Shown: positions 34,566 through 45,952 of the stretch, one piece after another
How the letters are laid out: every line of letters begins with the position of its first letter
Position numbering within the stretch: the first letter of the stretch is position 1
Assembly: GCA_036867785.1 (NCBI GenBank)
Contig: CP145411.1
Location: forward strand, 1,488,001-1,552,000
Length of the DNA: 64,000 bases
Origin: Plasmodiophora brassicae
Taxonomy: Eukaryota
Reading direction: 5' to 3'
Notes under the pieces: generated by a model
The model's input: the letters and a program-made list of their open reading frames with translations, nothing else
Database searches by the model: none
What the model was told of the DNA's origin: nothing
Program-made: the position numbers and the translations under genes

Positions 34566-35651
34566 TCATGTTTCGTCGCCGCTGGTATCTGTAGGCGCCT
34601 GGTAGGGGTGAACGCGAGCCGTCGTGCCAGGCCTCGGGCAACTCTTCGTGTACGAGTACGCACACGATTCGCACACAGTCTTCGGGACGAGTCCTAGTCG
34701 CATGCCCACAGAGAACACGAAGCAGGCGGCGCAGAACCCGGTTAGGGCTAACAGCCCAGCGGCGACGACAAGGCACCCCCAGACCATGATGCTCGGCACT
34801 GTCAGGTGCAGCACGTTGTAGAGGATGTTCCCAGCCAGAGCGAACAGAAGGCCGACGAACTGGGCGAAACGCTTTGGCGGGCTCGGGTGGAACTCGGATC
34901 GGGCAACCTGGAGGACGTCCTCCAGCAGCGGGCGGACCACGAAGATCACAAAGTAGGCCTGCGGATCGATACGGGGCCCCGACAGGAACCGGGCGGCGAA
35001 CCCGTAGAGGATATACCATCCCAGCCAGGGAACGGCGAACTCATACAGGAATATGATGTGGAGAATGGTCAGCAACGTGACGCATCCGGAGTGGGATCGC
35101 GCTTCCAGCTGGTTAACAGGGTTAGGGAACCCGAAGAGCCGGAGCGGGCGACGCGTCCACCAAAAGCACATATCCCGGGAGATGGCCAGGTTATGCCTGC
35201 GAGTGCATTCCTTGATGAACCGGGGGAATGCGTCCTTCTCGAACATGGACTCGACTTCCTCGACGCAATCGTCGAACACCTGGAGCAGGCCTTCCGCTGA
35301 CTTCGTTGTCGCCGTGATCGCCTGTTTCAGGGCCGCAACCCGGTCCAAGGTCCTCCTTCGCATCGAACCGGGAATGTTGATCTCGTTGGAGGAACCAGCC
35401 ACGATGTACGTGTCGGCGATGCGTTCGACCTGCTGGAGGAGCTCGAACGGCTGGACGCCTCGTTGGACGAGGTTGTAGACGTCCTGCAGGAATTCTATCG
35501 TTTCTAAACACTGTTGCCGCCGGGCATACTCAACGAGGCCGATGGCGTTCAGCGGGTACGTATGCCCAGACTTGCCGCTGAGCACGTCGCGTAACGTCAG
35601 GTTCTCTGCGAGGGCCACGTTAATGGCCATGTCGCTGGTGGCGAACGCCAT
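34566..35651 (-). CDS. RGS-domain + DUF4395-like membrane domain fusion protein, paralog B (intronless)
   Basis: Colinear with paralog A: CLETIEFL, TYIVAGSSNEINI, KDAFPRF, FPNPVNQLEAR, PPKRFAQFVG, GFCAACFVF, CESCAYSY. Confidence 0.85.
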   Translation of the reverse strand: MAFATSDMAINVALAENLTLRDVLSGKSGHTYPLNAIGLVEYARRQQCLETIEFLQDVYNLVQRGVQPFELLQQVERIADTYIVAGSSNEINIPGSMRRRTLDRVAALKQAITATTKSAEGLLQVFDDCVEEVESMFEKDAFPRFIKECTRRHNLAISRDMCFWWTRRPLRLFGFPNPVNQLEARSHSGCVTLLTILHIIFLYEFAVPWLGWYILYGFAARFLSGPRIDPQAYFVIFVVRPLLEDVLQVARSEFHPSPPKRFAQFVGLLFALAGNILYNVLHLTVPSIMVWGCLVVAAGLLALTGFCAACFVFSVGMRLGLVPKTVCESCAYSYTKSCPRPGTTARVHPYQAPTDTSGDET

Positions 35652-36040
35652 CGCTAACCGGCCTTATCGCATGCACCTCTATCTCCGGCGGATCGGGTAC
35701 GGTGGTGAACCGCTAAAACCGCTAGCCACGCATAGCCATGTTTCGGGGCACAGTCTACGCTCTGGCGTATTGCAATACGTGAACCGTGCCTATCTTGTTA
35801 CGTACTCGATATGTGCGCGCTCAAACTGGAATAAAGCGTTGACAAACCGGGAGGACACTGCCGTTCTGAACGTCGAAAGGACATCCCTGATGCTGTCTTC
35901 GATCTTCAGGTGCTTGCCCAACGCCCCATCGGTAGACAGTCATTCGTCATGGGTCAGCTACCCAATCGTGAACTTGCATTATGGATAGAGATTTTAGTGG
36001 ACAATTCATGCATTGACACGTGAACAACCCATGTTTATAG

Positions 36041-39000
36041 CTATAGGTCCACGAACGATCTAGACAGGCTCTCGCTGAGAGCGTTCGCTGTCGACTCTGT
36101 CGATCGCAGTTCAGTCTTGCTTGCTTCCACCGCACCGTCCTCAATGGTGTCCATCATCAACTGACGTCCGTTGAATTGGTGGACAACGAAAACGGTTGCT
36201 GCATGCCAACGTACCTTCTCTAGCTGCTGGACGTGGTTTCGAATGATGTGCAGACTGTCGGCGTCCTTCTTGTTATCGGCTAGCGTGCGGTCGGACTGCA
36301 TCGCCTGCTCCAACGATGCGATTTCGGCGAACTTGGCCTTCAGCTCGCGATCCACCTGCACTCCACGTCATGCCCCGACGTCGTGGTACACTCAAAAGGT
36401 AATAAACCTTCTCAATGTGCAAACGAAGATCGTCGTTTGTCCTCTGCAGGGTTGCGATCTGTGCCTGCAGGCGGGAATTCTCTCGCTGGAGGTCGTCATG
36501 GCGGACGCGCAGCGCCGTCATCTCGCGCCACGCCTCATCGTGCCGCTCGCTGGTGATCATCGTCATCGACTCCGACTGCAGCTCATGGATGCGCGTCTCC
36601 AGGAACTTCACCAGGTCGTTGCTCTTCCGCAGCGCCAGCTCCGCCTGGTCCCGCTCCTTACGCAGCCTACCCAAACGAACGTTCACCGTGCGGAAACTGC
36701 GCGACAGCTGCAGTTCCCCGGTACTGTTCCGCAACACCGTCATGCTGCGAGCGCCGCCTGTCCATCTCGTCGTTGTGCCGTTTCAGCTGCTTCATCCGCC
36801 GCACAATCGTGACGGCGCTGGCCTGGATCACGGAGAGGGCGTCGTCGGCGCCCGCCACGAACGCGTCGCGCTGCCGCTGCCCCGTCATCGGGACGAAGCA
36901 CCGCCACAGGTCGCATTCGCAGCGGCGATCCTCGTGCGCGTCGAAGTGCGCCAGGACGCGATGCAGAACGGCGCCGGCCGGTCGCGGGTCGCGCTCGTCG
37001 CGAAGCAACGCGCTGACGCGGAGCTCCTCGTCTGTGGCGAGCAACATTCGTCGGTACGACGTGTGGCGAACAGCCGTAACCATCGGATGTACCTGTGACG
37101 AATTCGTGGACGCGTTGGAGTTTGGCGAAGCGTCGTGCTGCGACGACGGTGCTGATGGCGATGTGCCAGCGGGTCCTCGGGTGCCGCCGCGGAACAGGCC
37201 CTCGAACGATCGTCGTGGGCAGGTGGTGTTCAGGCGTCGACATGGCCAGCGCGAGTTGCTGGACGCGTTCGTGGAGCACCTCCAGGACGCGAAGCCGGGA
37301 GCAGACCACCCGTTTCTGGAAGACCAGCGCGTGCACACGATGACGCATTGGAACGTACGCTCGGTACAGAACGCGACAAGCGTCCAGCGCTCTGCACGAA
37401 CAGGGGGTGAGCGCCGCCGCCTTGTTCAACGGGGCTCGTTAGGGTACCTGTTCGTAGCGGACGTGGCGGCGTCCAGGCGCTGCTCCGCGTCGTGAAGCGC
37501 TTTCTGTATCTGTTCACGAATATCGAGCAGCTTCTCATCGTTCTGTACCCGGCACGCTTGCAGGTCGGATAGGGCCCGTGAATGTGCCGCCTGAACGTTC
37601 CACATGGGTAACGCGTTCGTCGAACCATTGCCCGATTGGCGGGCACCTCGGCAGCGAGCCGCGTGGTCCTCTCGTGTTTGATGCGATTGTTCAGGTCGTG
37701 GACGGCGTCCTGTACGGCTTGGAGCACGGACGGCAGCGTCGCCGGGTCGGCAACCCGAATCACACCCGATACGGATGCGATGTGCTCCTGGATCGACCGC
37801 TCACTGCCTAGCAGGGCGGTCCGCTGCTGGTTGAAACGCGCCTGCAACGCTCTCAGGTCGTCCTGACGTTGCCTCGCCTGCTGTTGGAGCTCCTTCGCCT
37901 TTGGCCACACCGACATCAACGATACGGCAACAATGGGGAACACCCAACAACAGTACCTGTCGAGCGTGCTCGGCGGATTCATCGCGAAGGCGATCGTTAT
38001 CCGATTTGAACTCGTTCATCGCTGTGCGAAGCTCGGCCACCTCCTTTTGTCGCACAGGACATGATCAGAACCGTACACAGGAGTGCCACATTGCTCGCGT
38101 GTATACGTCTTCCAGGTGCTGACGATGCGTTTCGGTGCGCTGCAGGGTCGCGATGCAGCGAGCGGCGACGTCCTCCATGGTCGAACGTCGAACCGAACGA
38201 CAGGGGACGTCGACACGATCGACGACCTCCTCCAGCCTGGCCACATGCTTGGCGTCTGCGTCCCTTAGCGCTTCCAGCGCTGCGATGCACTCCTGGCTCT
38301 ATCGTAACGGTCAGCCATGAGGAACAGAGTCAGGCGCCATCGGTTTGCCTTGGCGAGCCGCGTTTCCAGCTGGTGCCCGCGGCAAACCAGCTCCCGGTAG
38401 TCAGCTTGCGAGCGCGCCAGCGCCTGTTCGGCGACGTCCTTCGCATCGGCCTGCTGCTGCGCCATGTCGACCCTGTGGGAATGAGTCCAACTGCGCAGCG
38501 ACACGATACCGATCGCCACCATCTTACGTGCGCGTCAGCGAGTCGACTTGGTCCTGCAGGTGCTGCTCCCGCTTCAGACCCGCCTCGTTCCGCTCCCGTA
38601 TCGTCCTGATCTGCTCCACCTGATGTTCCGCTTTCTGTCGCGCTTCCGCCAATTCCCGCTCCAGACCCTGTCACTGATCAACACTTGGGCCAGAACATCA
38701 ACGCCGGCCCGGCGACGTACGTCCATCACTGCCAAACGTTGCTCCTGCTGCCGGACCTGAACGTTCCGAGTCAGACACATCTGATGCAATGTAGCCTCAT
38801 ACGCCTTCGTACCTGTTTCTGGAGCAGCGTGCGCGCCACATCGTTCTGGTCGACAGTCTTCTGCAAGGCGACGACTTCGGCGTCGAGTTGAGAGTTTCGT
38901 GAGCGTTCCGCTTGAAGATCGGCGGTTGTCTGGGAGAGCCGGTTCTGCAGGTCGGCGTTGAGCTCCGACAGGCGCGCTTGCTCGGCCCGGCTGGCGGCGA

Positions 39001-39676
39001 GTTTGTCCCTGGAGGCAGACGCGTCGCTGACGACGGCGTCGACCTTCGTCTTCCACATGTCGACCGCCTGGTTGCCTTCGTCCATGATGGTGTGCGCCCT
39101 CTGCTGGGCCGCCTCTAGCTGTTTCTGCAGGTCCTGAAGAGGAGAACAGTCGGTCGGTATGAGCCGCGCGAACAGAGGCGCCACCCCTGACTGACATTGT
39201 TCTTGCGCTGGAGGGCGGTGACCTCGTGCAGGTGCTGAGCGGACGCCGACGTCGCCTGCCCGAGCTTCGCGTCCATGGCGCTCATCTCGATGTTGAAGAC
39301 GCGCTCAATCTCGAGCTTCTGCCGCTGCGTCTGTTCCAGTTCCGCCCGCAGCATCTGCTCCGATCGGCGCAGCGCGAAGACCTGCTGCGACAGGTTCCTG
39401 GCATGCTGGCGCGCCTTCTCCTCGTGCTCCGCCGCCTTGTCCTGCACGACCTGGACCTGGGCCCGGAACCGCTCCGTCTGCTGCCCCAGCTGACGCTTCA
39501 GCTTGTCGACTTCCTCGTGCAGGGCTTTCTCCTGGCAGCACCGTCACATTTGTCGCACAAGTCGCCTTCGGAAGCGGCGTGCGCACCCTGAGGTCTCGAG
39601 CGCGACACGTGCACGTGAGCCCTGTGGAGAACGCGGGATCCATGGTGGCGTCGTTGTCGGGTAAAGTCGCCGCCAT
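36041..39676 (-). CDS. Large multi-exon coiled-coil protein, CCDC171-like with an internal PACT-like motif
   Basis: A chain of heptad-rich minus-strand ORF segments separated by short introns. Contains HRVHALVFQKRVV...RTRWHIAISTVVAARRF. The 3' end is uncertain (a further exon near 35800-35940 is possible). Confidence 0.6.
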
Positions 39677-39777
39677 GGCCCGCTGGCGCGTCAGGTACGC
39701 CACTGGCCGTCACACAACAGGCACGACCGAATCAGGCAATCTTCGCTGTGAAACGGCGCCGGCCGGGTGGTTTACTG

Positions 39778-40649
39778 TCATGCACGTGTCGTGTCCTTGT
39801 GCACAGGGACGGCGGTCGTCGACGACGCCAGCTGGTCGGTCGCGTACTGGACGGCGGCCAGTGGCCGGTTCGCTGAACGTCGGAGGTACAGCCGGGACTG
39901 GATCGATCTGGCGACGACGACGAGAGCGGCGATGGCGACGACGGCGACTGCGAACACGACGACGACGGTGCTGGGCAGGAGGACGGATACGGTCTGCACC
40001 GGGGGATTCCTAGCCGCGAAGTTGTTCGTCGTGGCTGACGGTGTGAACACGCTGCAGGTCCCTGCGACCGTCGTGTCGATGTACCGGGAGGCGCTGCATC
40101 GTACGACGGGAACCGTCGTGGTTCGCAGAGGCCAGGATCCGTTGATGAACCTGGTGATGGACCCTGCCTGGAGCGCGGCGAACAAGGTGGCGTTGTGGGC
40201 CGAATAGGCAACCCGCAGCACCTGAACGGCGGTGGATGTGTTTGAGGATAGGGAGAGCGACTGTGGGATGACGATGAAGCTGATCGACGAGGATGCTCCG
40301 AGGTTGCTGAACTCAATGTTCACAATTTGACTTGAAGGCAAGCCCAGCACTGGGGAGACAGCGCTGATCACGCTGCTGGGCAACTGATCTAGATCCGCCT
40401 GCGTGAATTGTGTCGTGCCGACGTTCGCGAGCATTTTAACTCTGAAACCTCATTGTTCATGAATGCGAACGCTATAGAGAATCACGTACAGCCACACCTC
40501 TCCGCGTTGAACGTCGTTCCGATCGGAATGGCTACTCTGTCCAGGTACGCAGTCGACGTGGGACGGCTGGCCGCCTCGCTGAACGTGACTGCATAGAGCA
40601 GCAGTACACACGCTGCCTTGGTGACAGGATTCACGGCCGTCGTCGCCAT
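39778..40649 (-). CDS. Type I single-pass membrane protein (signal-like segment, SEA-like ectodomain, TM), 2 exons
   Basis: Hydrophobic AACVLLLYAVTFSEA, ectodomain VSPVLGLPSSQIVNIEF...LFAALQAGSITRFIN, TM VVVVFAVAVVAIAALVVVA. Confidence 0.6.
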
Positions 40650-40794
40650 GGACGAGAGATTCGATAGGGGTACGCGGCGCAAGATTGATTTTATCGTCAT
40701 TCGTGACCGAATCTCGCAACGAATCGGCATAACACTGGACAATGACGCGAGAGACTCGATGAGCGCCACTTCGCCAGGCACCGGGCAAAAATAG

Positions 40795-40868
40795 AGCCTA
40801 TGTCGGGACTCGAACCCGAAGCCTTGAGATTAAAAGTCCCACGCTCTAACCAATTGAGCTACACAGGC
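40795..40868 (-). tRNA. tRNA-Lys(UUU), intronless
   Basis: GCCTGTGTAGCTCAATTGGTTAGAGCGTGGGACTTTTAATCTCAAGGCTTCGGGTTCGAGTCCCGACATAGGCT folds as a full cloverleaf and is followed by a T5 terminator. Confidence 0.95.
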
Positions 40869-41276
40869 CGTGCGACGGTGTTGTTGCGCTCCAACTGGTA
40901 CCTGACCGATATTCGTACCTGTTCACGCACCTCGTCTTGCACCTGACATGCGCGCGTCAATCATCATCACGCACTGTTAGGGGGCTTGCCGAACCCTTCA
41001 GCTAAATACGGGTCCTCCCGTTGACTAACTATCCTCTTGACCAAAACCCCTCTCGAGATGGTTTCACCGTCACTTCGTGCCTGCTTCGCTGCATCTCCGG
41101 ATGCCATCCTATCTGACGTCTGACCCGCCTTGGTGCAGATTGCAAAGGACAGTGAACTTCATATGAGCGAACGAGACGGGTTAACTATGGGTCCTGCACA
41201 TGACGATGGCTCGGCCTCTGTATGTCGCCTGCTGGCGGCATCAGCCTGTGCGGACAGTCCCAGTGCACAGGTGGTC

Positions 41277-41962
41277 ATGAGCGACGCGGGCAGTAACATC
41301 GTCGGCGACGACGACGACCAGTCGTTCGTTCTGTCGGAGTCCACGGCACCGTCATCTGCTCAGCACGAACCAGAACCCCATGACGGACATCCGCCGTCTT
41401 CTGATGACCACGACACTGACAGTGCCGATGTGGCCACGACATCCGTTGTGATCGAGAAACGGTCCACAGATATTGCATCATCCGCTGACCCCGGCAGTGA
41501 CATCGAGAATGACGACGTCGACAGCAACGCAAGGTTTCACCACAGGCGTCTTCAATCGGCGAGCGGTGGACTGAAACGGTTTCAAACAGGTCGCGATACC
41601 CTTCGGACGACCAGATGAAGGCGCCGTTAACCGAGATTCGACGCCTGCTCGCTCGGTACGAGCTCCAAAAGCACGTGCTCACCGAGGAGTACATCAACGA
41701 GAAGCTGCCAGCGCTCAGGAAACAGGTCACCGAGACGCGGGACGCACAGCGCCGCGCCCGCAGCCGCCTGACGGCATCGCTGAAGAACCTGAACGCCATG
41801 ATCGACGACACGTCCAGATTTCTGCGACCGGGCGACGCTGCCGCCGTCAGGGAACCGCCGGTCCAGGTGCAGCGCCAGGTCGACGATCAGGTCGACGCGC
41901 TGACCGAGGGCAACTCCTGGAAGGCGGTGCAGTACAAGCTGGACGGCCAGTTCAGATGGTGA
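41277..41962 (+). CDS. Hypothetical protein, acidic N-terminus + coiled-coil, 2 exons
   Basis: ORF from MSDAGSNIV joins via an intron at ~41533-41589 to the coding-biased helical ORF 41615..41962. Confidence 0.6.
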
Positions 41963-42163
41963 CATGCAACGATGTCTTCGTCACGCTGTACTCGTGCGGG
42001 TTCATCATCATTACAACGTCAACGTGGCAGTCCATGCAGACGTGTGGCAGTATGTACCTCCAGTAGGCAGGTTGGAGCTTAAGGGGCACCACATTTTGCG
42101 AAAGCCGTAGGGCGGCGGGTCGCGATGGTCGTGGACGGCCTGACACGCGCCAATCGCCATCTA

Positions 42164-43005
42164 ATGGCGAGCCGTACGTTGCCGTATGCGACCGTGCGGG
42201 CCGGGCCGCTGACTGGCGCGCGTGGGCAGCGCTGCTGAGTACTCTGTATCGGCTGGTCGGCATTCCGCCCGTGTTCGTCGTGCTGTCCGCGGTTGCGGCG
42301 CTCGTCATCGTGTCCATCGTCCTGTGCTCCGTACAGAGCATCACGTGCGGCCGATGGGCGGGCCGCCTTGTGCATGAAAAACTGAATCGCCGATTTGTCC
42401 AGGTTGTTTATCGCGTTCGCGTACCCGGCCCTGGAGTCGTGCCGAAGCGTTCGAGCTGAGGACGAAGCGGCTCAGGCGTTCTGGTAAGCCCAATTTCATG
42501 TCAAGCTGTACACATGGTGAACATTCTTCCTTGTTACAGGCTGGAATACTGGATCGTGTATTCCACATTGTACATCACGTATCGCATCGCAGACGTCGTC
42601 CTGTTCTGGTAGGTTGTGAACAACGTTCGCGATATCAGTGTCGTTCTAAATGAGCTACTGCTGTAAGGGTCCCATACTACAGGCAATGGAAGGTTGTATT
42701 CCTGCTATGGTGCTTCCTACCGCCATTCCAGGTCCGTCCCTTCGCATGTCTTTCCAGGAATGTAACTCGGAATCGCACAGGGATTCACCGTCGTCTACCG
42801 GTGGGTCGTGCGCCCGATCCTGACCATGCACCGTCATCACATCGACAATTCGTTGCGAAAGGTGCAAAGTCACGTCGATGGCGCGCAGAAGACGCTGTCG
42901 CGAGCCAGCACTAGCCTGGTCCCTGCGATTGCGACCAGCCTCACATCAATGGCGACGCAAGCGCTGACGAGGATCGAGGAGCGACAGTCCCGGCCACAAC
43001 AATAA
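42164..43005 (+). CDS. REEP/Yop1/HVA22 (TB2/DP1) ER-shaping protein, ~6 small exons
   Basis: Spliced product reads LFIAFAYPALESCRSV...QAFW-LEYWIVYS...DVVLFW-VPYYRQWKVVFLLWCFLPPFQ-GFTVVYRWVVRP, the TB2/DP1 signature. Confidence 0.85.
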
Positions 43006-43055
43006 CCACGGGCACAAACGGCAAGTAATATTATCATGATACATTTACGTCGGCG

Positions 43056-43253
43056 TCAATCCTGCGACTGGCTCGCCAGATGCTTCTCGAGCTTCGACAG
43101 CTGCATCAGGACGGGCGCCTGCAGGAAGACGGACGCGCTCTTGCTGACCTGCTCCTCCACGGGCAACGGCTGCTGTTTGGTGATGAACTTCTGCAGACGG
43201 GAGGCGGCTTTCTGCGGCGAGACCGCCTTCGAGCTCTTGACCTCCAGGTTCAT
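43056..43253 (-). CDS. Small 65-aa helical protein, weak resemblance to RNA polymerase I subunit A14
   Basis: Coding-biased ORF MNLEVKSSKAVSPQKAASRLQKFITKQ...VLMQLSKLEKHL. The family resemblance is by eye only. Confidence 0.4.
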   Translation of the reverse strand: MNLEVKSSKAVSPQKAASRLQKFITKQQPLPVEEQVSKSASVFLQAPVLMQLSKLEKHLASQSQD

Positions 43254-43635
43254 TCGTCCGTCGGCGGCCTGCACGATGCTTCCCGCAGCGGCTGCAAACT
43301 CCGTGACTGCAAATTCAAATTGCCGTCAAGCTGTGCGACACGACGCGCCGCGCAGTGGAAGACCTACTGCGAAGCCAATAAGACGCTCGGCTTTGAACTG
43401 CAAAGGAACTACTTTATGCACGATGCAATCATGCTGGCGTTTCGCGCTCTGGGTCGCATGATCTCGGCCGGCACGCCGACCTGGATGACCCGGCTGCTGT
43501 CCTGTCGTGTCGCATTACTTGACCCGTCTCGCAACGCGAACATAGCTTTATTCACAGCGGGTGCGTGTTCGATTCATTGTTGATCAGAGGGCTTGAGTGA
43601 GTTCGCATTTGTCATGATTCTTGGTGTCGGGCGAG

Positions 43636-44701
43636 TTATCCCTGCGAGGTCGGACCGATTGCCGTAGCACTGACGGCGCCTGCTTTGGATGCGATGCTGC
43701 TCTTCGACGCGATCGCGTCCTTCAGAGCGACGGTGCTGCCCACGGTGCCGGCCTTGCCCGATTGACGGCTCTGCGTCATGTAATCAGTATCCGCCTTGAA
43801 CGGGTTTTGCATCAGGCGGCGCTTCCACGACGACAGGTTCGTCGTGAGCAGGAACATGTTGATGGTCTGCAAACCGATCGGTAAGCTATAGCGATATGTC
43901 CTTGCCGCGGTTCGTTACAATATCGATGTGGAGGATCATGTTCCAAATCTCGGGGGCGAAGATCTTGTCGAAGACGACGAAGCAGAGGAATTCGCAAGCG
44001 AAGCTGACGGCCGTCGCCACCCAGCACTCGATGACCTTGCTGCGAAGATCGGGGGTCATTGTCGCTTCGGTCTTGAGGATGTACGTGAACAGCAGAAGAA
44101 ACGCGGTGCCCGATGTGAACAGGCAGCTGATGACCAAGCTGCCGACGAAAGGGGGCACGCCGAAGAAGCACGCGTTGGCGTCGTTAAGCGGGAACGACTC
44201 AATGTAGACACACGTCAGGATGAACCCGAGCATGAGACCGGCAACAACGACCTTGCAGGCGCGGCCGAACATGACCGTTTTTAGGAACGTCTTGGACATG
44301 AGGGTCTTGCGGATGACCTCCGCGCGCAAGTAGAAGAAATACGGCATCATCGTGAACATGACGAAGTGGGTGATGTTGCCGCTACGCTCGAACAGGTTGC
44401 AGGCGAACACCGAGGGGGGCGCGTCGAACAGGGGAAGGAACACGATGTTGATCGTCACCATGAAGACACCTATTTGCAATTGGGTATCAGCTGCTGTTGG
44501 CGGACGGCACGTCGGGTAAGAAATACAGATGAAGGCCGCCAACATGGCGACGATCGCGACGATCTCCAACTGGTTACGCGCCTTGCGCTGCTTGCGCCAG
44601 GCGAACACCGCGTTGGAGAACAGCATCCAACCCATCGCGGCGGCGTTCATCGTGCGCAGAATGCGGATGGTGGTCTTGTCGCCGGCGAACAGGTCAGACA
44701 T
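43636..44701 (-). CDS. Seven-transmembrane GPCR-like protein (3 exons)
   Basis: About 7 hydrophobic helices, Cys at the start of TM3 (FACNLF) and in ECL2 (NACFF), YLRA after TM3, Ser/Thr/Lys-rich tail. Introns at ~44470-44526 and ~43868-43919. Confidence 0.65.
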
Positions 44702-44765
44702 GGTCTTGCCTTGCCGAGGTGCTTAGCCTGAATGAGCAAGGCCTTGTAGTGTTCTCTAATTTTCG

Positions 44766-44974
44766 TGGCAGTGGTACGGTCGAGTTGCAACAGTGCTCCA
44801 CCGTACAACCCCCGGTACATTGTTGCAACTGTGCAACTCGATCGTACAGGTCCCACGCGACTCATTAGGCCTGGCAGTGGCACGGTCGAGTTGCAACAGT
44901 GCTCGGTCGTACAACTCCCGATACATTGTTAAAACTGTGCAATTCGATCGTACAGGTCCCACGCGAATCATTAG
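44766..44974. repeat. Two tandem 106-bp-period units, each an imperfect inverted repeat
   Basis: Units 44766-44868 and 44872-44974. In unit 1, gtacggtcgagttgcaacagt pairs with actgtgcaactcgatcgtac. Confidence 0.9.
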
Positions 44975-45952
44975 ATCGAGTTCTACGTTCTAACCGGGAA
45001 TGTTGGTATGGCGGTTGTGCTGTCCGCAGCGCTGATCGCAACAGGCAATCCAGGGCTCCCACGACGAGCTCGGCGCGCATTAATCATAATCACTCATCAG
45101 GGCCATCTCTGCAATATAATCGCAAGATCGACACAGGATAAGTGATTGTCGTGTCGTGAATCGTAAGGCGACTTCAATGAAGCGACATGTGGCGCGGCGG
45201 CTGACCTGGCATGATGCACGTGTGCAATGTACGACCGTGGTGGATCCTCGCCCAGAGAGCGGCGGCGGTCTACCCGCCGGAGGGGACCATCGTCGAGCAG
45301 CAAGTCGAGGTGCAGGTCGAGCAAGAGGTCGGTCGAAGCCGACGCGCTGACCCCGCACCCTCTGGACGACTGCCTCGATCCGTCCGAGTTTGACGCAGCG
45401 ATCCGTGGTGACGCCGGCGCGCTGGGCACGCTCGAAGACGCTGAGTGCGATGCCGTCGAACGATTTCGGACGACGTCGTCGACGACGACTGGTGGGGCGG
45501 AACCCTTTTCAACCAGACGATTCGCCCCACCGATCGCTTCCGATGCACTATCGAGCGCTCACCGTCCGAACGTGATCGGGACGACCGCAAGACGCCGTTC
45601 CAGGTCGTTGCCGCCACGACTGCAAACGGCAGCGCATACGATGCGGCGAACACGCTTGTCATGGTACTTCCTGAGGATAATAAAGTGGTGCAAGCAACCA
45701 AACCCACGACATGTCATTGCAACCTCGTACTGTGTACACGGACGAATCGCCGTCGCCGCGTTGCCCGACAATAGCGCGTCCTTCGTGAGATATCCGGCTG
45801 CCCACATGTGCCCATCATCGTGGGCGCTCTGTCAACGGCTTCTGACCAAACTGGTCGGACGAGTAGCCGTCACCGAATCACGCCTCGAGAGCAGCTTGAC
45901 AGGATGGCAATCCAGTTGGCGCCCAGGGAACGGACGTCTTTACTTCTTGTAC

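Noticed and set aside
40960-41210. Hairpin-rich intergenic tract containing ccaaaacccc, considered as telomerase/RNase P/SRP RNA
   Set aside because: No complete conserved motif set could be matched by eye. An Infernal/Rfam scan would be needed.
45227-45900. 283-aa + ORF
   Set aside because: Low-complexity Arg/Ser-rich, no recognisable motif, and it overlaps the IFI27-like gene end. A gene may exist but I cannot model it.
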